Shown piece by piece: positions 44,187 to 55,026 of a stretch of DNA of 64,000 nucleotides (the first letter of the stretch is position 1; the number at the start of each line of letters is the position of its first letter). Where the stretch lies: contig JBEKVZ010000013.1 of assembly GCA_049513575.1 (NCBI GenBank), forward strand, positions 22,062 to 86,061, read 5' to 3'. Both the position numbers and the translations under genes were made by a program. Source of the stretch: Gemmatimonadales bacterium (lineage in GTDB: Bacteria; Gemmatimonadota; Gemmatimonadetes; Gemmatimonadales; JACORV01). The notes under the pieces are model-generated. The model did not search any database, was not told the origin of the DNA, and saw only the letters and a program-made list of their open reading frames with translations.

Positions 44187-46664
44187 ATGAACGGCTACAA
44201 TTTCACCGATCGCGTTCGGAAGGTGCTGCAGATGGCCCGCGAGGAAGCGGCGCGGCTGCACCACGAGTACGTCGGGACGGAGCACATCCTGCTCGGTCTG
44301 ATCCGCGAGGGGGAGGGGGTCGCCGCGGCGGTGCTGGCGAACCTCCAGGTGGACCTGGAGGAGATCCAGCAGAAGATCGAGGACACGGTGAAGAAGGGGA
44401 AGGCGGCGGCGGCGGCCGGCCCCGACCTGCCCTACACGTCGCGCGCCAAGAAGGTGCTGGAGCTGGCGATGTCGGAGGCGCGGGAGCTGAACCACTCCTA
44501 CGTGGGCACCGAGCACCTGCTGCTGGGGCTGCTGCGCGAGGAGAAGGGGATCGCCGCGCAGGTCCTGACGGACGCGGGCGTGAACCTGGAGCAGGCGCGC
44601 GCCGAGGTGCTGCGGCTGCTGGGGAGCGAGATGCCGCCGCAGCCCGCGGGCGGGCCGGCCGCCGCGCCGGCGCCGCAGAAGTCCGAGAAGAAATCGAAGA
44701 CGCCTGCGCTGGACCACTTCTGCCGGGACCTCACCCAGCTGGCCGCCGAGAACCAGCTCGACCCGACCATCGGCCGCCAGAAGGAGATCGAGCGGGTGAT
44801 GGAGGTCCTGTCGCGGCGCAAGAAGAACAACCCGGTGCTGATCGGTGAGCCGGGCGTGGGGAAGACGGCCATCGTCGAGGGGCTCGCCCAGCTGATCGCG
44901 TCGGGGACCTGCCCGGAGGCCCTGAAGGACCACCGGGTGCTGGCGCTCGACATGGCGGCGGTGATCGCGGGAACCAAGTACCGCGGGCAGTTCGAGGAGC
45001 GGCTCAAGGCGGTGATGAACGAGATCGCCCAGAACCGCCACATCGTGCTGTTCATCGACGAGCTGCACACGCTGGTCGGCGCGGGCGCGGCCGAGGGGGC
45101 GATCGACGCCTCCAACATGCTGAAGCCGGCGCTGGCGCGGGGCGAGCTGCAATGCGTGGGCGCCTCGACGCTGAACGAGTACCGGAAGTACATCGAGAAG
45201 GACGGGGCGCTCGAGCGGCGCTTCCAGACGGTGATCGTGGAGCCGCCGACGCTCGAGGAGACGATTGCGATCCTCAAGGGGCTGCGCAAACGCTACGAGG
45301 ACCACCACCGCATCCAGATTCCGGACGAGTCGCTCGACGCCGCGGCGCGGCTGTCGGAGCGCTACATCACCGACCGCTTCCTGCCGGACAAGGCGATCGA
45401 CGTGATCGACGAGGCGGGGGCGCGGGCGCGGATCGGCGCCCAGGTGCCGCCGCCGGAGGTGGCGGAGCTGAAGGGCAAGCTCGAGGGGATCAACCGCGAG
45501 AAGGAGGCGGCGGTGCGGGACCAGAACTTCGAGCGGGCCGCGGCGCTGCGCGACCAGGAGCGCGAGCTGCAGGGCGAGATCCTCGCCCGGCAGGAGGCGT
45601 GGGAGCGCGAGCGGCAGACGCGCCGGCCGGTGGTGGGGGAGGAGGAGATCGCCTTCATCGTCTCCCGCTGGACGGGGATCCCGGTCACGCGCCTCCAGGA
45701 GGCGGAGACGTCGCGCCTGGTGCGGATGGAGGACGAGCTCCACAAGGCGGTGGTCGGCCAGGACGAAGCGATCCAGGCGATCTCGCGCGCGATCCGTCGC
45801 TCGCGGGCCGGCCTCAAGGACCCCCGCCGGCCGATCGGGTCGTTCATCTTCTCGGGCCCGACCGGCGTCGGGAAGACGGAGCTGGCGCGCGCGCTGGCGT
45901 GGTTCCTGTTCGCGGACGCCCAGGCGCTGATCCGCGTGGACATGTCGGAGTACATGGAGAAGTTCAGCGTCTCGCGCCTCATCGGCGCACCTCCGGGCTA
46001 CGTCGGCTACGAGGACTCCGGCACGCTCACCAAGGCCGTGCGGCGCAAGCCGTACGCGGTGGTCCTGCTCGATGAGATCGAGAAGGCGCACCCGGACGTC
46101 TTCAACATCCTGCTGCAGGTCCTCGACGAGGGCCGGCTGACCGACAACTATGGCCGCGTCATCGACTTCAAGAACACCGTGGTGATCATGACGTCCAACG
46201 TCGGCGCGCGGGACATCACGAAGAGCGGAACGCTGGGCTTCGTGTCGTCGGGGCCGGAGGGGACCTTCGCCAAGATGGCCGAGAAGGTGAAGGAGGAGAT
46301 CAACCGGACGTTCAACCCCGAGTTCCTGAACCGCCTGGACGACGTCATCGTCTTCCACCCGCTGAGCCGCGACCACATCACGCAGATCGTGGGCATCGTG
46401 CTCAAGGAGCTGATGGTGCGGCTCGCCGACGAGGAGCTGACGATCCGGCTGACCGAGCCGGCCACGGATTTCCTCGTCAGACACGGCTACGACGAGCACT
46501 TCGGTGCCCGCCCCCTGAAGCGCGCCATCCAGCGGTACATCGAGGACCCGCTGTCCGAGAAGATCCTGCTCGGCGAGTTCTCGCGCGGCGACGAGATCGA
46601 GGTGGACACCGCGCCGGATGGCGATCGGCTCCAGTTCCGGGCGCTGTCGGGCTCGAAGGCGTAG
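44187..46664 (+). CDS. clpC: ATP-dependent Clp protease ATPase subunit ClpC
   Basis: Two Clp-N repeats, [11 protein letters not shown] middle domain, [17 protein letters not shown] and LGF loop. Confidence 0.96.
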   Translation: MNGYNFTDRVRKVLQMAREEAARLHHEYVGTEHILLGLIREGEGVAAAVLANLQVDLEEIQQKIEDTVKKGKAAAAAGPDLPYTSRAKKVLELAMSEARELNHSYVGTEHLLLGLLREEKGIAAQVLTDAGVNLEQARAEVLRLLGSEMPPQPAGGPAAAPAPQKSEKKSKTPALDHFCRDLTQLAAENQLDPTIGRQKEIERVMEVLSRRKKNNPVLIGEPGVGKTAIVEGLAQLIASGTCPEALKDHRVLALDMAAVIAGTKYRGQFEERLKAVMNEIAQNRHIVLFIDELHTLVGAGAAEGAIDASNMLKPALARGELQCVGASTLNEYRKYIEKDGALERRFQTVIVEPPTLEETIAILKGLRKRYEDHHRIQIPDESLDAAARLSERYITDRFLPDKAIDVIDEAGARARIGAQVPPPEVAELKGKLEGINREKEAAVRDQNFERAAALRDQERELQGEILARQEAWERERQTRRPVVGEEEIAFIVSRWTGIPVTRLQEAETSRLVRMEDELHKAVVGQDEAIQAISRAIRRSRAGLKDPRRPIGSFIFSGPTGVGKTELARALAWFLFADAQALIRVDMSEYMEKFSVSRLIGAPPGYVGYEDSGTLTKAVRRKPYAVVLLDEIEKAHPDVFNILLQVLDEGRLTDNYGRVIDFKNTVVIMTSNVGARDITKSGTLGFVSSGPEGTFAKMAEKVKEEINRTFNPEFLNRLDDVIVFHPLSRDHITQIVGIVLKELMVRLADEELTIRLTEPATDFLVRHGYDEHFGARPLKRAIQRYIEDPLSEKILLGEFSRGDEIEVDTAPDGDRLQFRALSGSKA

Positions 46665-46674
46665 CGCTCCGCCC

Positions 46675-49107
46675 TTGATACGCGGAGCGATCGTCGCGGC
46701 CGTCCTGGCGGTCGGCGTCGGCCTCGCGGCACGGCCGGCGCGTGTCCGGGCCCAGCAGCCGGAGGCCGTCGGCCCCAAGGTGGACTCGGTGGCGGTCGAG
46801 GGCAACCACCGCATCGCGCGCCAGAGCATCGTCAACACCGCCGCGATCCCGCTCCACACCGCCATCGGGTTCCGCGACCTGCAGCGCGCCATCAAGGCGC
46901 TGTACGGCACGTCGCAGTTCGCCGACGTCCAGATTCTCCGCGAGGTCGGACCCGACAGCGCCGAGATCCTCGTCATCACGGTGAAGGAGCGCCCGCTCCT
47001 GGTGCGGGCCACCGTGCGCGGCGTGGACAAGCTCTCGGAGGGTTCGGTGCGCGACCGCATCGAGCTGCCGATCGGCCGGCCGCTCGACTACGGGATGGTG
47101 GTGCGGGCCGTGCAACGGATCGACTCCCTCTACCAGTCCGAGGGCTACTACCTTGCCCAGGTGAAGCCGGAGATCATCCCCCAGGACAGCGAGCACGTCC
47201 GGGTGGATTTCACCGTCACCGAAGGCCGCCGCATCGCGATCTCGGCGGTGCGCGTCGAGGGCACCCACGGCCTCAGCGCCCGCCAGGTCGTGTCCGCGAT
47301 GAAGACCAGGCCCGAGGGCTTCTGGTGGTTCCAGGGCGGCGAGTACGACCAGGACGAGCTGCGGAAGGACCTCGAGGAGCGGATCCCCGCCGCGTACGGC
47401 GCCCACGGCTACGTGGACTTCCGCGTGGTGCACGACACGCTCCTGGTGGACCGGGAGAACGGCAAGGCCGTGCTGGACATCAGCGTCGAGGAGGGAAGGC
47501 CGTACGAGATCGGGACCGTGACGGTGGAGGGCAACCACGCCTTCTCCACCGAGCAGATCCTCGCGCTCAATCCCTTCGCCGGCAGCCAGTCGGGGCTCCG
47601 CTGCCTCCTCCACAACTGCAGCGGGCCGGCCTGGTTCGACCAGACGAAGTGGGACGCCGCGACCGAGAAGCTCCGGACGCAGTACAGCAACACCGGCTAC
47701 ATCTACGCCGCGGTGGACCCCAGGGTGGAGCGGGTGGTCTCGCCGGACTCGAACGTGGCACCCGTGGTCAACCTGAAGTGGCTAGTGGACGAGGGGCGGC
47801 CCGCGATCATCAACAAGATCGAGTTCTCCGGCAACGACGTGACGTACGACCGGGTGATCCGCGACGCGCTCTTCGTCATTCCCGGGGACGTGTTCGCGCA
47901 GAACCGGATCATCCAGTCCTACCAGGCCATCTCCAACCTCGGCTACTTCGAGCAGCCGCTGCCGTTCCCCGACACGCGCAAGGTCAACCCCGAGGACCCC
48001 TATAGCGACATCGACCTGATCTTCAAGGTGAAGGAGAAGCACACCGGGAGCATCAACTTCGGGGCGTCGGTGGGGCAGGGCACCGGCATCGGCGGCTTCC
48101 TCGGGCTGGACGAGCCGAACCTGTTCGGACAGGGGAAGAAGGGCCACCTGCAGTGGCAGTTCGGCGGCAACCTGAACGACTTCGAGCTGAGCTACACGGA
48201 CCCGATGCTGTGGGAGAGCCGCGTCTCCGGGACGGTGAGCGTGCACGACACCCGGACGACGTACACGATCGCCAATCTCGGCACCATCGCCACGCGCGGC
48301 GGCACGATCCAGTTCGGCTTCCCGCTCCCCAACAACCGGTACGCGCGGCTCTTCCCGTCGTACACGATCGAGTGGGAGCGCTACTCGGGCCAGGCCCAGC
48401 AGCTGGGCGGGCTCACGCGCTGCTCGGAGTGCATGCGTTCCACGCTCAGCCTGGCGTTCATGTACGACACGCGCGTGGACCTGCCGTTCCCGACGGCGGG
48501 CTCGATGCACTCGGTGACGCTCTCCACGACGGGCGGTCTCCTCGGCGGCTCGGCGAAGTTCCAGCGGCTCGACCTGGAGGGGCACTGGTACGCGCCGGTG
48601 GCGCAGCTGGGGGGCCCGGGACTCACCGCCGGGGGCGTGCGCTTGGTGCTGGGGCTCACCGCCAAGTCGGGGTTCGTCTTCGGCAACTCGGCCCCGTTCT
48701 TCCAGCAGCTGTACTCGATGGGCGGGACGCAGTACGGGATCCCGCTGCGCGGCTACGACGAGTTCTCGATCACGCCGCAGGGCTTCAACCCGCTGGCGAC
48801 GTCGGGGGCGGCGGTCTCCCAGGCCGCGTTCGGGAAGTCGTTCTTCGCGGCGACCGCGGAGTTTGGCGCGCGCTTCAGCCAGTCGGTGTACGCGGACCTG
48901 TTCTACGACGTCGGCAACGTCTATGCGACCGCGGGCGCGTTCAATCCTACGCGGTTGTTCCGCGGGGCGGGGATCGGGATCGCGTTGGTGACGCCGCTGG
49001 GGCCGATCGGGCTCGACCTCGGGTACGGCTTCGACAAGGTAGATACCTCGGGCCAGCCGGCCCCGGGCTGGAAGCTCCACTTCAAGATGGGCAACGTATT
49101 CCAGTGA
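46675..49107 (+). CDS. bamA: Outer membrane protein assembly factor BamA
   Basis: POTRA repeats, EPNLFGQG, LRGY and 'TPLGPIGLDLGYG'; TTG start inferred. Confidence 0.93.
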   Translation: MIRGAIVAAVLAVGVGLAARPARVRAQQPEAVGPKVDSVAVEGNHRIARQSIVNTAAIPLHTAIGFRDLQRAIKALYGTSQFADVQILREVGPDSAEILVITVKERPLLVRATVRGVDKLSEGSVRDRIELPIGRPLDYGMVVRAVQRIDSLYQSEGYYLAQVKPEIIPQDSEHVRVDFTVTEGRRIAISAVRVEGTHGLSARQVVSAMKTRPEGFWWFQGGEYDQDELRKDLEERIPAAYGAHGYVDFRVVHDTLLVDRENGKAVLDISVEEGRPYEIGTVTVEGNHAFSTEQILALNPFAGSQSGLRCLLHNCSGPAWFDQTKWDAATEKLRTQYSNTGYIYAAVDPRVERVVSPDSNVAPVVNLKWLVDEGRPAIINKIEFSGNDVTYDRVIRDALFVIPGDVFAQNRIIQSYQAISNLGYFEQPLPFPDTRKVNPEDPYSDIDLIFKVKEKHTGSINFGASVGQGTGIGGFLGLDEPNLFGQGKKGHLQWQFGGNLNDFELSYTDPMLWESRVSGTVSVHDTRTTYTIANLGTIATRGGTIQFGFPLPNNRYARLFPSYTIEWERYSGQAQQLGGLTRCSECMRSTLSLAFMYDTRVDLPFPTAGSMHSVTLSTTGGLLGGSAKFQRLDLEGHWYAPVAQLGGPGLTAGGVRLVLGLTAKSGFVFGNSAPFFQQLYSMGGTQYGIPLRGYDEFSITPQGFNPLATSGAAVSQAAFGKSFFAATAEFGARFSQSVYADLFYDVGNVYATAGAFNPTRLFRGAGIGIALVTPLGPIGLDLGYGFDKVDTSGQPAPGWKLHFKMGNVFQ

Positions 49108-49137
49108 TCCACCCTTGGACGCAGCGAGGAGATTGAC

Positions 49138-49800
49138 ATGGACCGGTTGACCGGGGCAGCGCTGGCTGTGCTGCTCGCAGGAGTGGCTGCTGTACCGGCC
49201 GCGCGGGCGCAGGTGCCAGGAGCGCCTGCCCAGCCCGTGAAGCTCGCCTTCATCAATTCCCAGCTCATCCTGGTGAACACGCCGGGGCGGGCCGAGGCGG
49301 AGTCCACCTTCAGCAGGGAGCTGGTGGGCTACCAGACGCAGGTGCAGGCGCTGCAGGCCGGGCTCGACTCGGCTGTGGCGGACTACAACCGGGCGTCCTT
49401 GGTGCTGAGCCCCACGGCCAAGCAGCAGCGGGAGGCGCAGATCCGCGATCTGGAAACGCGCACGCGGACCCAGATCAACGACCTGCAGCAGCGGGCGAAC
49501 GCGCGGGAGCAGCAGCTGACGGCGCCGATCATGGCGCGGGTGAATGCGGTGATCGAGGGGATCCGCGCCGAGTTCAACTACTCGATGATCTTCGACGCAT
49601 CGGCCCAGAACGGCGGGCTGGTCACGGCCGACCGGTCGCTGGACATCTCGCAGCTGGTGATCCAGCGGCTGCAGGCGGGAGGGGCGCCGCCGCCGATGGC
49701 CCCGGACTCCACCGCCCGCGCGGCCGGCGACTCGACGGGCGCGGTCAAGCCGGACTCGACGCGTCGCGCGCGTCCGCGTCCGCGGCCGCAGCAGCCCTAG
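49138..49800 (+). CDS. skp: Skp/OmpH periplasmic chaperone
   Basis: Signal peptide, 'KLAFINSQLIL', coiled coil, 'DISQLVIQRL'; lies between bamA and lpxD. Confidence 0.88.
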   Translation: MDRLTGAALAVLLAGVAAVPAARAQVPGAPAQPVKLAFINSQLILVNTPGRAEAESTFSRELVGYQTQVQALQAGLDSAVADYNRASLVLSPTAKQQREAQIRDLETRTRTQINDLQQRANAREQQLTAPIMARVNAVIEGIRAEFNYSMIFDASAQNGGLVTADRSLDISQLVIQRLQAGGAPPPMAPDSTARAAGDSTGAVKPDSTRRARPRPRPQQP

Positions 49801-49830
49801 GCCGGCGGTCGGCGGCGCGCGGGCGGTGAC

Positions 49831-50865
49831 GTGAACGGCTCTCTGACGGCCGCGGACGTCGCCGCGCTGGTGGGCGGCGCGCTGGTCGGGGACGGTACGG
49901 TCCGGGTGCGGGCGGTGGCCCCCCTGGACCGGGCCGGCCCCGGCGATCTCACATTTCTTGCTGCGAGCCGGTACCTCCCCTACTTTCACGCCTCGCGAGC
50001 GGCCGCCGTGCTGGTGACGGAGGCCAACCGTGCGACGGAGCCGGGCCCCGCCACGCGGATCGTGGTGGACGACCCCCACCGGGCGATGCTGGTTGTGGTG
50101 AAGGCGCTGTATCCGGCGCCGCGCCGCGAGCCGTCGGTGCACCCCACGGCCGTGATCGGCGCGGGGGCCGAGCTGGGGCAGGACCTCGCCGCGGGGCCGC
50201 ACGTGGTGGTCGGCGCCGGGGCGCGGCTCGGAGACCGGGTCACGCTGATGGCGGGCGCCGTGGTCGGCGAGGGCGTGGTGATCGGGGACGACGTCACGCT
50301 CTGGCCCAACGTCGTCTGCTATCCCGGCACGATCGTCGGGTCGCGCGTCATCCTGCACGCGGGCGTGGTGCTGGGATCGGACGGGTTCGGCTACGTGCCC
50401 GGCAAGACCGGCCACGAGAAGATCCCGCACGTCGGGCGGTGCGTCATCGGCGACGACGTCGAGATCGGCGCAAACTCGACGATCGACCGAGGCAGCGTGG
50501 ACGACACGGTCGTCGGGCCGGGAACGAAGATCGACAACCTGGTGCAGGTCGGGCACAACTGCCGCATCGGCGCGCGGTGCCTGCTGATGGCGCAGGTGGG
50601 GCTGGCAGGCTCGACCCACGTGGAGGACGACGTGATCCTGGCGGGGCAGGTGGGTCTCGCCGGCCACCTGACCGTCGGGCGCGGCGCCCGCGTCGGCGCA
50701 CAGAGCGGCGTGATGAACGACATCCCGGCCGGGACGACCTGGTTCGGGTACCCGGCGCGCCCGCACCGCGAGATGATGCGGACGATCGCGGCGTCGCGCC
50801 GGCTGACGAAGATCCTGGGGGCCCTGGAGGATCTGGTGGGTCGTGGGAAGCAGCCCAAAGAGTAG
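49831..50865 (+). CDS. lpxD: UDP-3-O-acylglucosamine N-acyltransferase
   Basis: Hexapeptide repeats, GSDGFGY, 'IGANSTIDRG', 'KIDNLVQVGHN'. Confidence 0.96.
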   Translation: MNGSLTAADVAALVGGALVGDGTVRVRAVAPLDRAGPGDLTFLAASRYLPYFHASRAAAVLVTEANRATEPGPATRIVVDDPHRAMLVVVKALYPAPRREPSVHPTAVIGAGAELGQDLAAGPHVVVGAGARLGDRVTLMAGAVVGEGVVIGDDVTLWPNVVCYPGTIVGSRVILHAGVVLGSDGFGYVPGKTGHEKIPHVGRCVIGDDVEIGANSTIDRGSVDDTVVGPGTKIDNLVQVGHNCRIGARCLLMAQVGLAGSTHVEDDVILAGQVGLAGHLTVGRGARVGAQSGVMNDIPAGTTWFGYPARPHREMMRTIAASRRLTKILGALEDLVGRGKQPKE

Positions 50866-52147
50866 TTCGGCGCGCCGCACGCTGGCGCGTTCCGCCGCGC
50901 GCGAGGGCATCGGGATCCACACCGGCGCCACGACGCGCGTGACCTTCCGTCCGGCCGAGAGCGGCGCGGGGATCGTCTTCCGGCGCACGGACCTCGACGG
51001 CTCGCCGTGCATCCCGGCGCGTCTGTCCAGCGTGAGCGGGGTCGAGCGCCGTACGACGCTGGCGCGCGACGGCGCCGAGATCCACACGGTCGAGCACGTC
51101 CTGGCGGCCATCGCGGGCCTGGCCGTGGACGATGTCCTGATCGACCTCACGGGGCCCGAGCCGCCGGTCCTGGACGGCTCCTTCCAGCCGTTCGTGGAGG
51201 CGCTGCGGGAGGCCGAACTGGTGGAGGTGGGCGGCGAGCCGGTCCAGCTCACCGTGACCGAGCCGTTCACCGTGACCGAGGGGGAGGCGCGCTACCTCGT
51301 CGGCCCGGCGTCGCAGCTCAGGCTCTCCGTGATGATCGACTTTCCCCATCCCCTCATTGGGCGCCAGACGGGCACCTACGACGTCACGCCGGAGGGCTTC
51401 ACGGCGGAGCTGGCGCCGGCGCGCACCTTCGGATTCATGCACGAGGTGGAGGCGCTGCGGAAGAAAGGTCTGATCGTCGGCGCGTCGGTGGAGAACGCCG
51501 TCGTGCTCGACGAGCGGGGGCTCGTCAGCTCAGCGCTGCGGTGGCCCGACGAGTTCGTGCGGCACAAGGCGGCCGATCTGGTCGGCGATCTGGCACTGCT
51601 CGGCGGCCGGCTCAAGGCGCACATCGTGGCGGAGCGGCCCAGCCACCGCGGCAACGTGGCCCTCGGGAATGCCATCAGTCGCCGCGCCGCGCTGTCGGGG
51701 CGCCCGCCGCTCGACATCCGGCACGTGCTCGACGTCCTGCCGCACCGCTACCCGATGCTGCTGGTGGACCGCATCATCGAGATCGAGGACGGGCGGCGGA
51801 TCGTCGGGATCAAGAACGTGACGATCAACGAGCCCTTCTTCCAGGGCCACTTCCCGGGACATCCGGTGATGCCGGGGGTGCTCATCATCGAGGCGATGGC
51901 CCAGGTCGGCGGCGTGCTGTTGATGGGGCACCTCCAGGCGTCGGGCAACGCCGCCGAGAAGGTCGTCTACTTCATGTCGCTCGACAACATCAAGTTCCGG
52001 CGCCCCGTCATCCCGGGGGACCAGATCCGTTTCGAGCTCGAGCTGATCCAGCACAAGGAGCGCGCGAGCCGGATGCGCGGCGTGGGGTACGTGGACGGGC
52101 ACGTGGTGGTCGAAGCGGAGATGATGGCCCGCGTCGTGGACAAGTGA
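50843..52147 (+). CDS. lpxC-fabZ: Bifunctional LpxC deacetylase / FabZ dehydratase
   Basis: 'TVEHVLAA', ARTFGF, 'DEFVRHK..DLVGDL', then '[12 protein letters not shown]', '[20 protein letters not shown]'. Confidence 0.95.
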   Translation: MGSSPKSSSARRTLARSAAREGIGIHTGATTRVTFRPAESGAGIVFRRTDLDGSPCIPARLSSVSGVERRTTLARDGAEIHTVEHVLAAIAGLAVDDVLIDLTGPEPPVLDGSFQPFVEALREAELVEVGGEPVQLTVTEPFTVTEGEARYLVGPASQLRLSVMIDFPHPLIGRQTGTYDVTPEGFTAELAPARTFGFMHEVEALRKKGLIVGASVENAVVLDERGLVSSALRWPDEFVRHKAADLVGDLALLGGRLKAHIVAERPSHRGNVALGNAISRRAALSGRPPLDIRHVLDVLPHRYPMLLVDRIIEIEDGRRIVGIKNVTINEPFFQGHFPGHPVMPGVLIIEAMAQVGGVLLMGHLQASGNAAEKVVYFMSLDNIKFRRPVIPGDQIRFELELIQHKERASRMRGVGYVDGHVVVEAEMMARVVDK

Positions 52148-52154
52148 GGCGTCC

Positions 52155-52934
52155 GTGAGCGCAGCTGTGATTCACCCGACCGCGATCGTCTCGCCCGAGG
52201 CCGAGCTCGGTGCGGACGTCGAGGTGGGGCCGTTCGTGATCATCGGCCCCGCCGTGACCGTGGGCCCGCGCAGCAAGATCGCGGCGCGGGCGATCCTCGA
52301 GCAGAACGTCCGGCTCGGCGCCGACTGCCGCGTCGGCACCGGCAGCGTCCTCGGCGGTCCGCCGCAGGACCTCAAGTACGCCGGCGAGGAGACCTGGGTC
52401 GAGGTCGGCGATGGCACCGTGGTGCGCGAGTACTGCACCATCAACCGCGGCACGACCCAGTCCCGGCGCACCAGCCTGGGCCAGGAGTGCCTGGTGATGA
52501 CCTACGTGCACATCGCGCACGACTGCCACATCGGCGAGCGGGTCATCCTGGCCAACAGCGTGCAGCTGGCGGGGCACGTGACGATCGACAAGTGCGCGAC
52601 GATCAGCGGGCTCACGGCCATTCACCAGTTCGTGAAGATCGGGGCCTACGCGTTCGTGGGTGGGATGTCGCGCGTGACCAAGGACGTGCCGCCGTACACC
52701 AAGGCGGTCGGCAGCCCGATGAAGCTGTATGGCCTGAACGCGGTGGGGCTGCAGCGCCACGGGTTCAGCGCCGAGGCGGTGGCCGAGCTGAAGAAGGCGT
52801 ACCGCCTCTTCTTCCGCTCGGGCCTCAACATCAGCCAGGCGCTCGACCGGGCGAAGACGGAGCTGACCCAGCTGCCGGAGGTGGCCAACTTCCTCCAGTT
52901 CATCGAGGAGAGCGGGCGAGGAGTGCCGGTGTGA
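52155..52934 (+). CDS. lpxA: Acyl-ACP--UDP-GlcNAc O-acyltransferase
   Basis: IHPTAIV, PQDLKY, INRGT, HIAHDC, IHQF, GLNAVGL. Confidence 0.96.
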   Translation: MSAAVIHPTAIVSPEAELGADVEVGPFVIIGPAVTVGPRSKIAARAILEQNVRLGADCRVGTGSVLGGPPQDLKYAGEETWVEVGDGTVVREYCTINRGTTQSRRTSLGQECLVMTYVHIAHDCHIGERVILANSVQLAGHVTIDKCATISGLTAIHQFVKIGAYAFVGGMSRVTKDVPPYTKAVGSPMKLYGLNAVGLQRHGFSAEAVAELKKAYRLFFRSGLNISQALDRAKTELTQLPEVANFLQFIEESGRGVPV

Positions 52935-53914
52935 CCGCCGCCCCGCTCCCCGTCGGCGTAGTGGGGGTGGGGAGCCTCGGACAGCATCACGCGCGGCTGT
53001 ACGCCTCCCTTCCGGAGGCGCGGCTGGTCGGCGTCTTCGACACGCGTGCCGAGCGCGCCGCCGAGATCGCGAAGCAGTTCCGCACCGCCGCCTATCCCTC
53101 GCTCGATGCGCTCCTGGCCGACGTGGAGGCCGTGTCCGTCGTTGTGCCGACATCGGCGCATCACGAGGTCGGCCTCGCGGCGCTTTCGCGCGGCCGGCAC
53201 GTGCTGATGGAGAAGCCGATCGCGGCGCGGATCGGCCAGGCGGAGGAGCTGGTGGCGGCGGCGGACAAGGCCGGCGTGATCCTCCAGACCGGCCACGTGG
53301 AGCGCTTCAACCGGGCGCTGCGGGCCGCCGCTCCCTACCTCGCCTCGCCCAGGTTCATCGAGTCGGACCGGGTCGCGCCCTTCGCCCCGCGCGGCTCCGA
53401 CGTCGCCGTGATCCTCGACCTCATGATCCACGATCTGGACCTCGTGCTCGCCCTGGTCGGGGAGCCCGTGGTGGACGTGCGCGCCTCGGGGATCGGGGTC
53501 GTCACGCCGAGCGTGGACATCGCCACGGCGCGGATCGAGTTCGCGTCTGGCGCGGTGGCGAACCTGACGGCGAGCCGGCTGGCGCGCGAGCGGGTCCGCA
53601 AGCTCCGGATCTTCCAGCCCTCGGGCTACTTCTCGCTGGACCTTGCGGCGGGGAAGGGCGAGTTCCTGCGCCTCAAGCCCGACGCCGCGCAGCGGATCGC
53701 CGGGGGTGAGACCGATCTGGCGAGGCTGGTGGAGCGGATCAAGCTGGACGCTCCCGAGGCGGAGCCGCTCGGCCTCGAGCTGGCCAATTTCGTGCGCGCC
53801 GCGCGCGGGAGCGAGAAGCCTGCGGTGACGGGCGCCGACGGGCTCTCCGCCCTGGCGCTCGCGTTCCGCGTGCTGGAGGCCGTCGGGGCGCCCGCGACGC
53901 TGCAGAGCGCGTGA
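52931..53914 (+). CDS. Gfo/Idh/MocA oxidoreductase (GnnA-like by position)
   Basis: GVGSLG, EKPIA, GHVERFN and 'DVAVILDLMIHDLD'; lies between lpxA and lpxB. Confidence 0.85.
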   Translation: MTAAPLPVGVVGVGSLGQHHARLYASLPEARLVGVFDTRAERAAEIAKQFRTAAYPSLDALLADVEAVSVVVPTSAHHEVGLAALSRGRHVLMEKPIAARIGQAEELVAAADKAGVILQTGHVERFNRALRAAAPYLASPRFIESDRVAPFAPRGSDVAVILDLMIHDLDLVLALVGEPVVDVRASGIGVVTPSVDIATARIEFASGAVANLTASRLARERVRKLRIFQPSGYFSLDLAAGKGEFLRLKPDAAQRIAGGETDLARLVERIKLDAPEAEPLGLELANFVRAARGSEKPAVTGADGLSALALAFRVLEAVGAPATLQSA

Positions 53915-55026
53915 GCCGCACCGTGTTCGTGTCGGCGGGCGAGCCGTCGGGCGACGCGCACGCCGGTGCGCTGGTGGCGGCGTTGCGCCACCTGGTGCCG
54001 GACGTCGCGGTGGAGGGCGTCGGGGGAGAGCACCTCGAGGCCGCCGGAGCCCGGCTGATCGCCCGCATCGAGGACCTCACCGTCATCGGCTTCGTCGAGG
54101 TGGTGCGCAAGATCCCGGCGCACTGGCGGCTGCTGCGCCGGATCGAGGAGCGGCTCGCCCGCGGTGACGTCGGCCTCGTGGTGCTGGTGGACTACCCGGG
54201 CTTCCACCTGCGGGTCGCCGCGGCGGCGGCCCGCGCGAATGTCCCGGTGCTCTACTACGTGGCGCCGCAGCTCTGGGCCTGGGGCGAGGGGCGCGTGCGC
54301 CGGATGGCCCGCACCGTCTCGCGCCTGGCCGTCATCCTTCCGTTCGAGGAGGAGTTCTTCTCCGCGCGCGGCGTGCGGACCACCTTCGTCGGGCATCCGC
54401 TGCTCGACCGCCCGCCGCTCGCCCAGGAGGGGGCCGCGCTCAAGCGCTCCCTCGGTCTCGCCCCCGATCGACCGGTCCTCGGGCTCTTCCCCGGGAGCCG
54501 CCCACAGGAGGTCCGGCGTCTCTGGCCCGTGTTCCGGGCCGCGGCGGAGCGGATCCGCCGGGACTCGCCGGCCGTGCAGGCTCTGGTGGCGGCAATCCCG
54601 GGCGCCTCGTACCCCGACGCCGGCGAGATCCGGGTCGTGCCGGGTCGCCCGCGCGAGTGCTTCGCCGCCGCGGACGCCGCGCTGTGCAAGTCCGGCACTT
54701 CGACGCTGGAGGCGGCGATGGCGCTCACGCCGCTGGTGATCGCGTACCGGATGCACCCACTCTCGTACCTGCTGGCGCGGCGGCTGGTGCGGGTGGACCG
54801 GATCGGGATGGTGAACCTCGTGGCCGGCCGTCGGGTCGCGCCCGAGCTGATCCAGGGCGCGGTGACGCCCGAGGCGCTCGAACGCGCCGTGCGCCCCCTC
54901 CTCGACCCGGACAGCCCCGAGCGCCGCGCCCAGCTCGAGGGCCTGGCCGAGGTGCGCCGCCGCCTCGGGGAGAGCGGGGCGGCGAGGCGGGCCGCGGAGA
55001 TCGCGCGCTCGCTCCTGGCGGCGTGA
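53911..55026 (+). CDS. lpxB: Lipid-A-disaccharide synthase
   Basis: AGEPSGD, DYPGF, YVAPQLWAW, FVGHPL, PGSR and KSGTSTLE. Confidence 0.96.
   Translation: MSRTVFVSAGEPSGDAHAGALVAALRHLVPDVAVEGVGGEHLEAAGARLIARIEDLTVIGFVEVVRKIPAHWRLLRRIEERLARGDVGLVVLVDYPGFHLRVAAAAARANVPVLYYVAPQLWAWGEGRVRRMARTVSRLAVILPFEEEFFSARGVRTTFVGHPLLDRPPLAQEGAALKRSLGLAPDRPVLGLFPGSRPQEVRRLWPVFRAAAERIRRDSPAVQALVAAIPGASYPDAGEIRVVPGRPRECFAAADAALCKSGTSTLEAAMALTPLVIAYRMHPLSYLLARRLVRVDRIGMVNLVAGRRVAPELIQGAVTPEALERAVRPLLDPDSPERRAQLEGLAEVRRRLGESGAARRAAEIARSLLAA

Noticed and set aside
43872-51270. Very long minus-strand ORFs (1062 aa, 1162 aa) and similar shadow ORFs across the window
   Set aside because: They are antisense to clear housekeeping genes and are Arg/Ala/Pro-rich with no motifs, as expected from stop-codon scarcity at high GC.
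50843-52147. LpxC-FabZ fusion as a novelty
   Set aside because: This fusion is already well known in Bacteroidota and related phyla.
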